Positions 40,187 to 50,846 of a stretch of DNA of 64,000 bases are shown in pieces. The stretch covers positions 56,569 through 120,568 of the forward strand of contig JAUNMG010000001.1 in NCBI GenBank assembly GCA_030531905.1, written 5' to 3'. Source of the stretch: a bacterium. GTDB taxonomy: Bacteria; Bacillota_I; Bacilli_A; RF39; UBA660. The first letter of the stretch is position 1. Each line of letters begins with the position of its first letter. The position numbers and the translations under genes were made by a program. The notes beneath the pieces are model-generated. The model worked only from the letters and a program-made list of their open reading frames with translations. It did no database searches and was not told where the DNA came from.

Positions 40187-40732
40187 ATGCGCGTTTTTGA
40201 TTTTGATAATACAATTTATGATGGAGAAAGTGTTTTTGACTTTTTTCTTTTTTGTGTTAAAGAAAAGAAATCACTAGTTAAATATGCACCTATAGTTGTA
40301 TATACAACACTTATGTATGAATTAGGATTTTTATCAATTGATAAGTTATGTGAGCTTGCTAGTAGAATGTCGAAAGTAATTATAGATAATAAAGATAATG
40401 CAGAAAGTTTAATTGAAAAATTTTGGAAAACACATGCTAAAAACTTAAAGTTAGATTATTTAGAACAATTAAGAGAAGACGATGTTATTATAACTGCATC
40501 TCCAAGTATACTTATTGATGGTATAAAAGATAAATTAAATACGAAAAATATTATTTGTAGTGAAATGTGTATTGAAACTGGAAAGCTAGAATTTTTATGT
40601 TTTAGAGAAAATAAAGTTAAAGCCTTTAAAGAAAGATATCCTAATGCTGTAGTTGAAGAATTTTATACTGATTCTTATAATGATAAAGCATTAATGGAAA
40701 TTTCTAAAAAGACATATTTAGTTAAAAAATAG
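40187..40732 (+). CDS. HAD-superfamily hydrolase (subfamily IB-like)
   Basis: N-terminal DxD motif (FDFDNT). 181 aa. Confidence 0.6.
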   Translation: MRVFDFDNTIYDGESVFDFFLFCVKEKKSLVKYAPIVVYTTLMYELGFLSIDKLCELASRMSKVIIDNKDNAESLIEKFWKTHAKNLKLDYLEQLREDDVIITASPSILIDGIKDKLNTKNIICSEMCIETGKLEFLCFRENKVKAFKERYPNAVVEEFYTDSYNDKALMEISKKTYLVKK

Positions 40733-40832
40733 TCTATTTAAAAAAGTTACCATTTATTAGAAATGATAACTTTTTTTCTTTCAAATTAATATTTGTATAT
40801 TAAACTCATAGAATTATTGTAGGGAGGTGACT

Positions 40833-41222
40833 ATGAACGAATTAAATAATATAGTAACAGCAGTTGGTAATTATAATAACATTCCAACAACTCTTACTTC
40901 AAATACTTCCGTAGTTAATATTATTGAAGGATTGAGCCTTCATAAGGAAGCAGATAAGACTAATTGGGGTGGTGGAAATTTAGAGTATACAATTACTATT
41001 GATAATCAAACAGATAAAATCTATGCAAAACCTATAGTTACTGATGTTATTGATACAACTTTAGTTGATTTTATCGATGGAAGTGTAGAAATAAATGGTG
41101 TTACTGCTACCCAAGATCAATATAATTATAATGAGGCAACACATACATTAACAGTTAACCTAGATGATGTAACACCCTCATCAAACTCTACTTTTACGTT
41201 TTCTGTTAAAAAGAAAGACTAA
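40833..41222 (+). CDS. DUF11-like conserved-repeat-domain small protein
   Basis: ADKTNWGGGNLEYTITIDNQTDKIYAKPIVTDVIDTTLVDFIDGSVEINGV fits the DUF11 pattern (KTAD..GD.ITYTI.V.N.G...A.NV.ITD.LP.GL.FV.GS). GGGAGG RBS. Convergent with the beta-helix gene. Confidence 0.55.
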   Translation: MNELNNIVTAVGNYNNIPTTLTSNTSVVNIIEGLSLHKEADKTNWGGGNLEYTITIDNQTDKIYAKPIVTDVIDTTLVDFIDGSVEINGVTATQDQYNYNEATHTLTVNLDDVTPSSNSTFTFSVKKKD

Positions 41223-41392
41223 TAATTATTTTATTTTACAAAGTCGCTCAGAATTAATTTGTGAAAGTGGAAAGACAATATATAGTAATTATGTCACAGT
41301 TATCGGACTTAAAGCTAGAGGCTTTTCTAACAATAATTGGTGTGGAACTCCACATTGGAGAATTTAAAAATCACAAAAAGAGTGATTTTTTT

Positions 41393-43267
41393 CTATTCTT
41401 CAATACTCCAAATAAGTGTTGTATTATATTCTTCATTTGCTTCTAAGGCATTATTTTGTAAAGATAAGAGTGGACCTTGTTCCTTAGACCAAGTTATTTT
41501 TGTAGCTTCAGGTGTTCCATTATTATTAATTCCTGTTAATACTAGTGTTGGTATTTCATTTAAAATAACACTTGTATTATCAAATTTTTTAAATATTATG
41601 GCATTAGGAAGTGAAAAGTTGTTTGCCGAAGTTAATGGACCTGAGAGATGAGCATAAAGTTTCCAGTTAGAACTTACAACTCTACTATCTACTATATTAA
41701 CAAATATTTGATCACTTTTTTTGAAAATAAGAGGTGTTGTTGTTACATCATCAAGAGCAAAAGAAAAATTACTAGTATTACTATTCAAAGTAAGTTCTCC
41801 ATTATGTGGTGTAGTAATAGTTCTCGTTTTATAAACAAAACTATTACCAACATTAACTGTTATTGTAATTTCAGTATCATCTTCAATTGGTGTTGGTATA
41901 GTGCATTCAAAAAATCCGTTTTCATCAGCAGTTACCGTGTAAGACTTACTATCATAAGAAATCATAACATCAGCAAATTCTATAGTATGACCACTAATAG
42001 TAGTAGATGTTTTAGTTATAGGATGAATATTTAAAGGATATGTTCCTATTGATAATTGTTTTCTATTTTGAAATGAAAAGTTAGTTAAATCTGGAAGAAT
42101 TGCTAGTTCCTCATTACTAATATTATGAGTTGTAATACTTGTAGAACTGTTTGTTATAGTACCTTCTATTGTTAGAAAATCATCTTTTAAATACCAAGAA
42201 AAGTCTGGTAAATTATCGATACCTCCAGCATTTGTAAAAGTATTAGAATTTTGCCACATATTAATTCTATTTAATGAAAAATTAAAGTTAAGAGGATTAT
42301 TTGTATATAATATATTTGAATTTTTACTATATAGAATTAAACTTTTAGGATTATTTAAAATTAACTTTTGATTAGTACCTTTAAAATGAATATTATAATT
42401 GTCGCTAGGAGTATTATCATAAGTGTTAATTATATAAACATTAGCGCCATTATTAACTGTGAAATTTCCATATACATTCCACATAGGAATTCTTTGATGA
42501 TTATTTTCTATAAAGTTTAAAGTTGCCCTTTCATCAATTAAAACATCAGTAGCTCCAGTAGTAGTATTGAAAGAAAAACCATTGGCGGTTACTAAATTAA
42601 CTTCAGCATCATGAAGTATAGTAAAATTAAGTTTAAAAGTACCTCTCATAAATTCATTGTAAGTACTAGTTAAATTGACATGACTATTAGGAAGAAATTT
42701 TATGTATGGATTACCTGTATCATTTCGAAAATAAAATAAAGAATAATTTTTGGCATCACTTGAGATAATAGTATTTCCACCAATTTCAATATGATCTGCT
42801 TCGAATGATTCTTGGGCTTCTATATCAGATGTATCTTCAATTGTTATATTACAATCTATTACTCTTATAGTCCCATATGGATTAAATCCCATTTCTGTAC
42901 CATTGAATTTAATATTATTATATTCAGTACAAACATTTTTATATGTTGTATAAACTGGAACATGTATAATTCCAAATGGGTTTACTGAAGAAACATCCAT
43001 GTTTTTAAATATAATCCGTCTATTTGTAGGACTAGCAGTAATGACATCAGTATTTTCTACACTATTCATTCCTGTATATGTATATCTAGTATTTAAATAG
43101 GTTCCGTCAATAATAACTTTTTCTTTATTTTTACTGATAGTTATTCCAGAAGTAAGATTAATATTATTTCCAAAATAAATATAAGTATAATTATTATCTT
43201 CTTCTAAAACAGTTTTTAATTCATCACTTGTTGTAACTACAACAGTATTATTATTAAGTATTTGCAT
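41393..43267 (-). CDS. large beta-helix protein, paralog of 26804..28660
   Basis: N-terminus MQILNNNTVVVTTSDELKTVLEEDNNYTYIYFGNNINLTSG. Ig-like block ISGHTIEFADVMISY...TADENGFFEC. Similar C-terminus (LIWSIEE). Confidence 0.55.
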   Translation of the reverse strand: MQILNNNTVVVTTSDELKTVLEEDNNYTYIYFGNNINLTSGITISKNKEKVIIDGTYLNTRYTYTGMNSVENTDVITASPTNRRIIFKNMDVSSVNPFGIIHVPVYTTYKNVCTEYNNIKFNGTEMGFNPYGTIRVIDCNITIEDTSDIEAQESFEADHIEIGGNTIISSDAKNYSLFYFRNDTGNPYIKFLPNSHVNLTSTYNEFMRGTFKLNFTILHDAEVNLVTANGFSFNTTTGATDVLIDERATLNFIENNHQRIPMWNVYGNFTVNNGANVYIINTYDNTPSDNYNIHFKGTNQKLILNNPKSLILYSKNSNILYTNNPLNFNFSLNRINMWQNSNTFTNAGGIDNLPDFSWYLKDDFLTIEGTITNSSTSITTHNISNEELAILPDLTNFSFQNRKQLSIGTYPLNIHPITKTSTTISGHTIEFADVMISYDSKSYTVTADENGFFECTIPTPIEDDTEITITVNVGNSFVYKTRTITTPHNGELTLNSNTSNFSFALDDVTTTPLIFKKSDQIFVNIVDSRVVSSNWKLYAHLSGPLTSANNFSLPNAIIFKKFDNTSVILNEIPTLVLTGINNNGTPEATKITWSKEQGPLLSLQNNALEANEEYNTTLIWSIEE

Positions 43268-43676
43268 AATATCACCTTCTACGTAGTAATTTATGAAGCA
43301 ACTTTACTATTGAATAATTAGTTTGCATTGGTTTTTTGAATTTTACATTGTCTTATAAAAAATATATAAAATTTCACTCGAAACGTGAGTCTTTTTATAA
43401 TATTTAGGACTACTTTGAAATTTTTTTGTTCTGAACAAATATATTTCAAAGATTTTTATTGCTATTTCTAACTTTTTTAAACATTATCACGATTATCATC
43501 AAAACTATGACTATTCATATGAATTTTCTTCTTTATTATGTGGCTTTCTAAAATTAATTATTAAAAGTTCTAAAACTATATAATTAAAGTATTAAATAAA
43601 AATTGAGTATGGACTTATTTACCTTGTTTTAAATTAAAATAAGTGTTAAAATACTGACAGTATCTGAGGTGAGAAT

Positions 43677-43845
43677 ATGTTTGAATTAGTATCAAAATAT
43701 AAACCAAGTGGATATCAACCAGAAGCTATTAAATAATTGGTAGAATATTATAAAAGAAACTAATTAGTATTTGATCATAATAAGACATAAGTAGGACAAC
43801 TTTATTCAGAACTTAAAGAATTATTTCCAAGTAATTATTTTTTTT
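43677..43845 (+). pseudogene. degraded uvrB 5' fragment (copy A)
   Basis: ATGTTTGAATTAGTATCAAAATATAAACCAAGTGG... is identical to the uvrB start. A premature TAA follows 19 codons in. Internal deletions, then the uvrB-like segment ...CAACTTTATTCAGAACTTAAAGAATTATTTCC. Confidence 0.7.
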
Positions 43846-43965
43846 TTTTATTTTATACTATGATGTTAGAATAAGGCAGATACACGGATCATGTTGATGA
43901 ATTTATATTAAAAATTGAACCAAAAACTTTAAAGATTATAATATTATTAATTTGTAGGGGGAAAT

Positions 43966-44880
43966 ATGAGATTAACGACTATTATTGAAGAATACTATAG
44001 CTTGTTTTGTAAAATGAATTATTTATCAATTTTATCTACTTGGGCGTTAGAAGATGATGAAAACATTCAATTTATAGTTGGAAAAATATTAATAAATGAT
44101 AATTTTAAAAATATAGATATGGAAGAAATTTTAAAATACTTACATAGTTCAATTGATGACAATAACTTGAACCATGAAATGATAAGATACTTAAATAATT
44201 TAATAATATTTTCTGAAAAATATAATATTGATTCATTTGAAGAAATAGAAAATAGAATTCTAGAATTGTGGAATCAACATCATATTTACGATGAATCATT
44301 ATTAAAATATATTATTAGAATAGATTCAGATAATTTATATAAAATATATATTGATATGGTAAGAGAAAATTTGATTAAGGATCCAAATATTCGTATTGGT
44401 ACTTCGTCTGAACCATTGTTTACTATGCTTCCTAAAAAGCAAGAATTATTAATTTATAATTTGGGGGTTATTGCTAATCCATTAGTAGATTGGACCATAT
44501 TAAAAAATGGAACAATTGCACTAGAATCTTTTATTTGTGAATATGAAACGAGTGAAAATGAGATGTTAAAGGAATACTATCATGATATAATAATGATTGC
44601 TATAAAAGGTAATATGTGCGTATTTAATAATAGATATTGTAAAAATCCAAAATATGGTTACTTTGAAAGCGAAACAGGATTATATTTATTATCATTATTT
44701 AATGATAAAAATATACAATGTTTACATAATAGACTAAGTGATGATAATTTTATAAAAGAAATAAAGGAGTACTTAGTGAGCGATGATGGATATAATCATC
44801 AATTGGAATTATATAAAGAACATAATCCTATAGGAGATAGCGGTTTAAATCAAATAAAATTATTAAGGAAGAATAAATAA
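43966..44880 (+). CDS. hypothetical protein (cargo of uvrB-5' cassette A)
   Basis: 304-aa ORF with RBS GGGGGA. No recognisable motifs. Followed by the terminator hairpin AACAAGG...CCTTGTT plus T-run. Confidence 0.5.
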   Translation: MRLTTIIEEYYSLFCKMNYLSILSTWALEDDENIQFIVGKILINDNFKNIDMEEILKYLHSSIDDNNLNHEMIRYLNNLIIFSEKYNIDSFEEIENRILELWNQHHIYDESLLKYIIRIDSDNLYKIYIDMVRENLIKDPNIRIGTSSEPLFTMLPKKQELLIYNLGVIANPLVDWTILKNGTIALESFICEYETSENEMLKEYYHDIIMIAIKGNMCVFNNRYCKNPKYGYFESETGLYLLSLFNDKNIQCLHNRLSDDNFIKEIKEYLVSDDGYNHQLELYKEHNPIGDSGLNQIKLLRKNK

Positions 44881-44984
44881 TTTAATAAAAAAATGATAAT
44901 AGTAAGAACAAGGTATTTTGGTGATTGCCTTGTTTTATTGCATATAAAATGATAAAATACAAATAATTAAAAGGGAGGTTTATT

Positions 44985-45302
44985 ATGTTTGAATTAGTAT
45001 CAAAATATACACCAAGTGGAGACCAACCAGAAGCTATTAAAGAATTAGTAGAAGGTCTTAATAATAAGAAGAAAGAACAAGTTTTGTTAGGCGCAACAGG
45101 AACAGGAAAAACTTTTACAATTGCTAATGTTATAAAAGAAACTAATAAACCTACATTAGTACTTGCTCATAATAAAACACTTGCAGGACAACTTTATTCA
45201 GAACTTAAAGAATTATTTCCAAATAATCATGTCTGTTTTTTCATTTCATATTATAGAAATACCTTAAAAAACTTTTATTCGAACGTTTTTAGGTTTATTT
45301 AA
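44985..45302 (+). pseudogene. uvrB 5' fragment (copy B), 105-codon ORF retaining Walker A
   Basis: Nucleotides about 45010..45258 are identical to uvrB 46836..47085. The sequence then diverges, with a stop after 15 more codons and a terminator hairpin plus T8. Confidence 0.8.
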
Positions 45303-45441
45303 TTCCTCGCAAATACCATAAAAAGACTAAATAAAACTAGATAATAAAATGTAAATTTGTTGCCGAAATGCGTATCCATTCGTGTCCTTATTTTTTTTAA
45401 TAAATGTATTATATAATTTATAAATTTTTAGGAGGTTCAAA

Positions 45442-46605
45442 ATGAAAGAATATTTTTATAAAAAAGAATATAAATATATGTATTTGAGTACTATATCATA
45501 TAGTTTTGCAAATACTTTGATAGGAACATTTGGAACGGTGATGTTATACAAAAATGGAATACCAATATGGCTTATACTATTAATATATGGATTAAGATTT
45601 GGACTAACAGGATTTACTACACCACTGTTTGTAACAATATCGTCAAAATTAGGGATAGCAAAATGTATCCTAATATCTAATATTTTTAGTATTATTTCTG
45701 CATATATGATGCTAGATGGAACAAATTTATACAAAAATATAATTATATTTATATTAGCAATGGGATTTATGGGACTTTCTAATCCATCAAATGATTCATT
45801 ATCTAGTAAATATGTAAATACAGAACACAGGGGAAGATATAATAGTTTTATAAACATAAGTAAGATAATAGGAACTGCATTAGCAAGCTGCTTAGTTGCT
45901 TGGAGTGTAATAACAGAGAATAATATAATTTTATTCGCAATAATTACTATATTTTTTATATTGCAATATATATTTATTAAAAAAATAGATTATAAAGTAG
46001 AAATTAAAGCAAGTGCATTTAAAACAACTATGGAATATATCTTAAAAACTAAAAGTAGATATAAAACAATTTATGCTTTAACTACAAATCAAATAATAGA
46101 AAAACAATTTAAGCCACTTTACTTATATATTGTTTTAAAAAATTTTTCAGTATTTTCTTCAATAGTTATAGTATCGCTATTATTACAAATAGCTACTATA
46201 ACATTGATTGGTAAATATTCTGATAAAAATTTATCAAAATCAAATAATTTAGTATCAATTATTAAGACTACAATAACGGGTATATATTTATTCTCTACAA
46301 ATAAAGTAATGATATCTATAAATAATACATTAAGTGATAATTTTGCAAAGGTATACGAAACATCTATTCAGACGTCAATACAAAATATTATTAAAGATTC
46401 AAAAGAAGATAGTGACCTTTTATCAGCAGTAGGTCAAATGAGTTTATGTTTTACAGAAGTTGTTATATTTACTATACTTTCAATATTAAGTATCTTTATT
46501 AAAGATAAGATATTTTATATAATATTTATATTATCAATGATTTCAACTATTGGAATTAATTTTAATATACAAAAATCAAAATTGCAAAATAAAACCATTG
46601 GTTAA
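45442..46605 (+). CDS. multi-TM transporter-like membrane protein (MFS-like, about 12 TM)
   Basis: 387 aa, highly hydrophobic with about 12 helices. RBS AGGAGG. Cargo of cassette B. Confidence 0.5.
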   Translation: MKEYFYKKEYKYMYLSTISYSFANTLIGTFGTVMLYKNGIPIWLILLIYGLRFGLTGFTTPLFVTISSKLGIAKCILISNIFSIISAYMMLDGTNLYKNIIIFILAMGFMGLSNPSNDSLSSKYVNTEHRGRYNSFINISKIIGTALASCLVAWSVITENNIILFAIITIFFILQYIFIKKIDYKVEIKASAFKTTMEYILKTKSRYKTIYALTTNQIIEKQFKPLYLYIVLKNFSVFSSIVIVSLLLQIATITLIGKYSDKNLSKSNNLVSIIKTTITGIYLFSTNKVMISINNTLSDNFAKVYETSIQTSIQNIIKDSKEDSDLLSAVGQMSLCFTEVVIFTILSILSIFIKDKIFYIIFILSMISTIGINFNIQKSKLQNKTIG

Positions 46606-46810
46606 CTAAATATGGAAATATGATATAACTATAATTACAAAAACATATAAAAATATAATGTTTTATCAGCTTGTAGAAATTTGTAGTCGAGATGTGTGTC
46701 CTATGCGTATCAACCAAAAATTTGACTTATTTAATCAGTTCTAGGACACGAATTTTTTATAGTTAAACACGAATTCTATGGTTGTTATGAGTTATAATAA
46801 GGAGGTCATT

Positions 46811-48760
46811 ATGTTTGAATTAGTATCAAAATATAAACCAAGTGGTGATCAACCAGAAGCTATTAAAGAATTAGTAGAAGGTCTTAATAATAAGAAGAAA
46901 GAACAAGTTTTGTTAGGCGCAACAGGAACAGGAAAAACTTTTACAATTGCTAATGTTATAAAAGAAACTAATAAACCTACATTAGTACTTGCTCATAATA
47001 AAACACTTGCAGGACAACTTTATTCAGAACTTAAAGAATTATTTCCAAATAATCATGTCTGTTTTTTCATTTCATACTACGATTATTATCAACCGGAAGC
47101 TTATGTTCCATCTACTGATACATATATAGAAAAAGATTCGTCTATTAATGATGAAATAGATGAATTAAGACATGAGGCTACTAGTAATTTATTATCATAT
47201 AATGATGTTATTGTAGTTGCATCTGTTTCATGTATATATGGTATTGGTGAAGTAGAAGAATATAAAAATAAAATGTTAACATTATCTGTTGGTGAAGAAT
47301 TAGATAGAAATCAAGTATTAACTAAACTTGTTGATATGTTATATGAAAGAAATGATTTGGACTTTAAAAGAGGAACTTTTAGAGTAAGAGGCGATATTCT
47401 AGAAATTATTCCAGTTAATCAGAATAAAACAGGATATAGAATAGAATTTTTTGGTGATGAAATAGATAGAATTAGTGAAATAGATGTTTTAACTGGGGCA
47501 ATTATTAATAATAAAAAAACTATTAGCCTATTCCCGGCTAGTCACTTTGTAGTTAGTGATGAAAAGCTAAAAGATGCTATTTTAAGAATAAGAGAAGAAC
47601 TTGCTGAAAGATTAGAAGAATTAAAAGCTGATAATAAACTTTTAGCAGCAGAACGACTTGAACAAAGAACAAATTATGATATTGAAATGTTAGAAGAAAC
47701 CGGATTTTGTTCTGGAATAGAAAATTACTCAGCTCCAATGGCTGGAAGAAAAAAAGGAGAAACTCCTACCACATTAATGGATTTCTTTCCTGATGATTAT
47801 TTATTAGTAGTAGATGAATCCCATGTAACATTGCCTCAGGTTAGAGGAATGTATAATGGAGATAGAGCTAGAAAAATGAATTTAGTTGAATATGGATTTA
47901 GACTTCCAAGTGCTTTAGATAATAGACCTTTAAAATATGATGAATTTGAGAAGAAAATTAATCAAGTAATATATGTTTCTGCTACTCCTGGTGACTTGGA
48001 ATTAGAACATACAGCTGGCAAATATGTAGAACAAATAATCAGACCTACAGGATTACTTGATCCAACTATAGATGTTCGAAAATCAGAAGGTCAAATAGAT
48101 GATTTAGTTGGGGAAATAAATGAACGTATTAAGAAAAATGAAAGAGTACTTATAACAACTTTAACAATTAGGATGAGTGAGGAATTAACTAATTACCTAA
48201 AAGAATTGGATATTAAAGTCGCATACCTTCATTCAGAAATAAAATCTTTAGAGCGACTTCAAATCATCCATGACTTAAGAGCTGGTAAATATGACTGTCT
48301 AGTTGGAATAAATTTATTAAGAGAAGGTTTGGATATTCCAGAAGTATCCTTAATTGCTATTTTAGATGCTGATAAAGAAGGTTTCTTAAGAAGTAATAGA
48401 AGTTTGATTCAGACAATTGGTAGATGTGCAAGAAATGCAAATGGTCATGTCATAATGTATGCTGATAAAATAACTGATTCTATGAAAGAGGCGATTGAAG
48501 AAACTTCTCGTAGAAGAAGTATTCAGGAAAAATATAATAAAGAACATGGAATAATTCCTCAAACTATAAATAAACAAATCAGAGAAGTTGTTAGTAATGT
48601 AGATACAGAATCTAAGAAGTCTAATAAGAAATTATCTAAAAAAGAGCTTGAAAAGAATATGGAACTTATTGAACAAGAGATGAGAGAAGCAGCTAAGAAT
48701 TTAGACTTTGAACGTGCTATGGAATTAAGAGATATTTTATTTGAAATGAGATCACAATGA
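46811..48760 (+). CDS. uvrB: excinuclease ABC subunit B
   Basis: Walker A GATGTGKT, helicase motifs, the UvrB beta-hairpin region and a C-terminal UVR domain. RBS AAGGAGG before the ATG at 46811. The ORF-track start at 46778 is spurious. Confidence 0.93.
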   Translation: MFELVSKYKPSGDQPEAIKELVEGLNNKKKEQVLLGATGTGKTFTIANVIKETNKPTLVLAHNKTLAGQLYSELKELFPNNHVCFFISYYDYYQPEAYVPSTDTYIEKDSSINDEIDELRHEATSNLLSYNDVIVVASVSCIYGIGEVEEYKNKMLTLSVGEELDRNQVLTKLVDMLYERNDLDFKRGTFRVRGDILEIIPVNQNKTGYRIEFFGDEIDRISEIDVLTGAIINNKKTISLFPASHFVVSDEKLKDAILRIREELAERLEELKADNKLLAAERLEQRTNYDIEMLEETGFCSGIENYSAPMAGRKKGETPTTLMDFFPDDYLLVVDESHVTLPQVRGMYNGDRARKMNLVEYGFRLPSALDNRPLKYDEFEKKINQVIYVSATPGDLELEHTAGKYVEQIIRPTGLLDPTIDVRKSEGQIDDLVGEINERIKKNERVLITTLTIRMSEELTNYLKELDIKVAYLHSEIKSLERLQIIHDLRAGKYDCLVGINLLREGLDIPEVSLIAILDADKEGFLRSNRSLIQTIGRCARNANGHVIMYADKITDSMKEAIEETSRRRSIQEKYNKEHGIIPQTINKQIREVVSNVDTESKKSNKKLSKKELEKNMELIEQEMREAAKNLDFERAMELRDILFEMRSQ

Positions 48761-49596
48761 AAAAATTAAAGAAAATATATATTGAAATTACGAATATTTG
48801 CAATTTAAACTGTTCTTTTTGTTCTAAAAATAGTCGTAAAAAAGAAAATATGACCTTAGAAGAATTCAAACAAATTCTAGAAAAAATTAAACATCGAACA
48901 GAATCTATATATTTGCATGTTACAGGAGAACCATTATTGCATCCGAATTTCGAGGAGATTTTATCTCTAATTGATAAATATAATATAAGGTTAAACATAA
49001 CTACCAATGGGACTTTATTGAAAGATAAGATTTCATCACTAAACAATTGTAATTCTTTAGCAAAAATAAATATATCTTTACATAGTGAAAATCATGATAA
49101 AAATTATTATAATCAAGTATTTAACTCAGTATCAAAATTAGAAAACAAAGTTGTTATATATAGGTTGTGGATTCTTCAAAATAATAAATTAGATAAACAA
49201 TCCACAGAAATAGTGGAAAAAATTAAAAACTATTATAATTTATCAACAGAAATTGTGGACAAACTAAAGACTGATAAAAACGTGAAGATAAATTCCACAA
49301 TATATGTTGATAAAGATAATCTTTTCAAGTGGCCTGATAGCGAAAGTGATAGAAAAACAGATGGTTTTTGCCATGCTTTGAAAACACATATTGCAATACT
49401 TGTAGATGGAACAGTGGTTCCTTGCTGTTTGGATGCTAATAAAACTATTTCTTTAGGAAATATTTTTGAAGAAGAACTAGACACTATAATTAACAGGAAA
49501 AAATATCAAGATTTAAGAAAATCATTTCAAGATAGAAAACCATGTGAAGATTTATGCAGGTCATGTACTTTTAAAGAAAAGTTAGTAAATAAGTAA
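48757..49596 (+). CDS. radical SAM protein with C-terminal SPASM/twitch-like Cys cluster
   Basis: CxxxCxxC (CNLNCSFC) near the N-terminus and six further Cys in the C-terminal 60 aa. The start overlaps the uvrB stop (ATGA). Confidence 0.7.
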   Translation: MKKLKKIYIEITNICNLNCSFCSKNSRKKENMTLEEFKQILEKIKHRTESIYLHVTGEPLLHPNFEEILSLIDKYNIRLNITTNGTLLKDKISSLNNCNSLAKINISLHSENHDKNYYNQVFNSVSKLENKVVIYRLWILQNNKLDKQSTEIVEKIKNYYNLSTEIVDKLKTDKNVKINSTIYVDKDNLFKWPDSESDRKTDGFCHALKTHIAILVDGTVVPCCLDANKTISLGNIFEEELDTIINRKKYQDLRKSFQDRKPCEDLCRSCTFKEKLVNK

Positions 49597-49604
49597 TCTA
49601 AATA

Positions 49605-49629
49605 AATGTAGTTAAATCTACATTTTTTG
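49605..49629 (+). terminator. rho-independent terminator after radical SAM gene
   Basis: AATGTAG...CTACATT stem followed by TTTTTTG. Confidence 0.6.
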
Positions 49630-49665
49630 TATATAAGGAAAGTGCGTTTTTTCTAAAAAAAACTA

Positions 49666-49695
49666 TTGACGAACGTTAGTTTGATGTGTATAATA
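49666..49695 (+). promoter_or_regulatory. sigma-A-like promoter for tnpB with embedded Cheo-box-like sequence
   Basis: TTGACG, 18-nt spacer, TATAAT. The spacer contains CGAACGTTAGTTTG, which resembles the Firmicute LexA box CGAACnnnnGTTCG at 12 of 14 positions. Confidence 0.4.
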
Positions 49696-49725
49696 ATAAG
49701 GCATAAACATCAAGGTGGTGGCAAC

Positions 49726-50846
49726 ATGTATAAAGCATATAAATTTAGATTATATCCTAATACTAATCAAAAGATTCTTATCAATAAGACATTTGGATGT
49801 GTAAAATTTGTTTATAATTATTTTTTAAATGAATGTAGAAAAAAAGGATATCAAAAATATTTTGATATGTGTAAAGCATTAAAAGAATTAGAAAATGAAT
49901 ATCCTTTTTTAAAAGAAGTTGATAGTTGTAGTTTAAGGTGCAGTATATTCAATTTAGAAGATAGTTACAAAAATTTCTTTGCTAAAAGAGACCAGTATCC
50001 AAAGTTTAAAAATAGGTATAGTAAACAAAGTTATAGAACAACATGTATTATAAGTAGTTATAAAGGTAAAAACTATAGTAATATAGAAATAGATTTAATT
50101 GATAAAAAAGTTAAACTACCAAAAATAGGATTAGTTAATATAAGAGGATATCGTAATTCAAGAGAAATAAAAGGAAAAATAATTAATGCAACAATAGAGA
50201 AAGAGGCAACTAATAAATACTATGTAAGTATAATAATAGAAGAAAAAAAATAGAAAGAGAAAAAGTGATTCCAAATAGTATAGTAGGAATAGATTTAGGA
50301 GTAAAGGACTTAGTAGTAACCTCAGATGGAGAAAAATTTGGAAATAAAAAGGAACTATTAAAAAGAGAAAAACAGTTAAAGAGATTACAAAGAAAATTAG
50401 CAAGACAAATAAGAAATAGTAATAATTACTTAAAAACAAAAGAAAAAATAGCTAGAATATATAGTAAAATAAAAAATAGTAGAAAACATAATATTATAGA
50501 TATTGTAAATAAACTAGTTAGAGAACATGATATTATTGTAAGTGAGCATTTAAATGTCAAAAATATGAGTAGAAATCATCATCTGTCAAAATCTATATTA
50601 GATGCAAGTTTTAATAAGATATGTGAATATATAAAATGGAAAACAAAAATACAAGGAAAATATTATTATCAAGTAGATACATATTTTCCGAGTAGTAAGA
50701 AATGCAGTCATTGTGACAATATAACAATTAAAACGAATAACTTGAATGTTAGGAGCTGGATATGTGATAAATGTGGATGTGAAAATGATAGAGATATAAA
50801 TGCAAGTATAAATATTATGTTTGAAGGATTAAAAAAATATTACTAA
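49726..50846 (+). pseudogene. tnpB: tnpB (RNA-guided endonuclease-type IS605 OrfB), reading frame split at an A8 tract
   Basis: N-terminal part MYKAYKFRLYPNTNQ... (49726..50253). C-terminal part with RuvC-I (VGIDLGVKD) and zinc finger CSHCD...CDKCG (50265..50846) sits in the -1 frame. The junction is GAAGAAAAAAAATAG. Confidence 0.7.

Noticed and set aside
41261-42034. Three plus-strand ORFs (61, 104, 128 aa)
   Set aside because: They are antisense to, or overlap, the 624-aa beta-helix gene on the minus strand. They are shadow ORFs typical of AT-rich DNA.
46778-46810. ORF-track start of uvrB at 46778 ([12 protein letters not shown]...)
   Set aside because: A strong RBS (AAGGAGG) precedes the ATG at 46811. 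The N-terminus MFELVSKY is the conserved UvrB start and is the sequence duplicated in the fragments.
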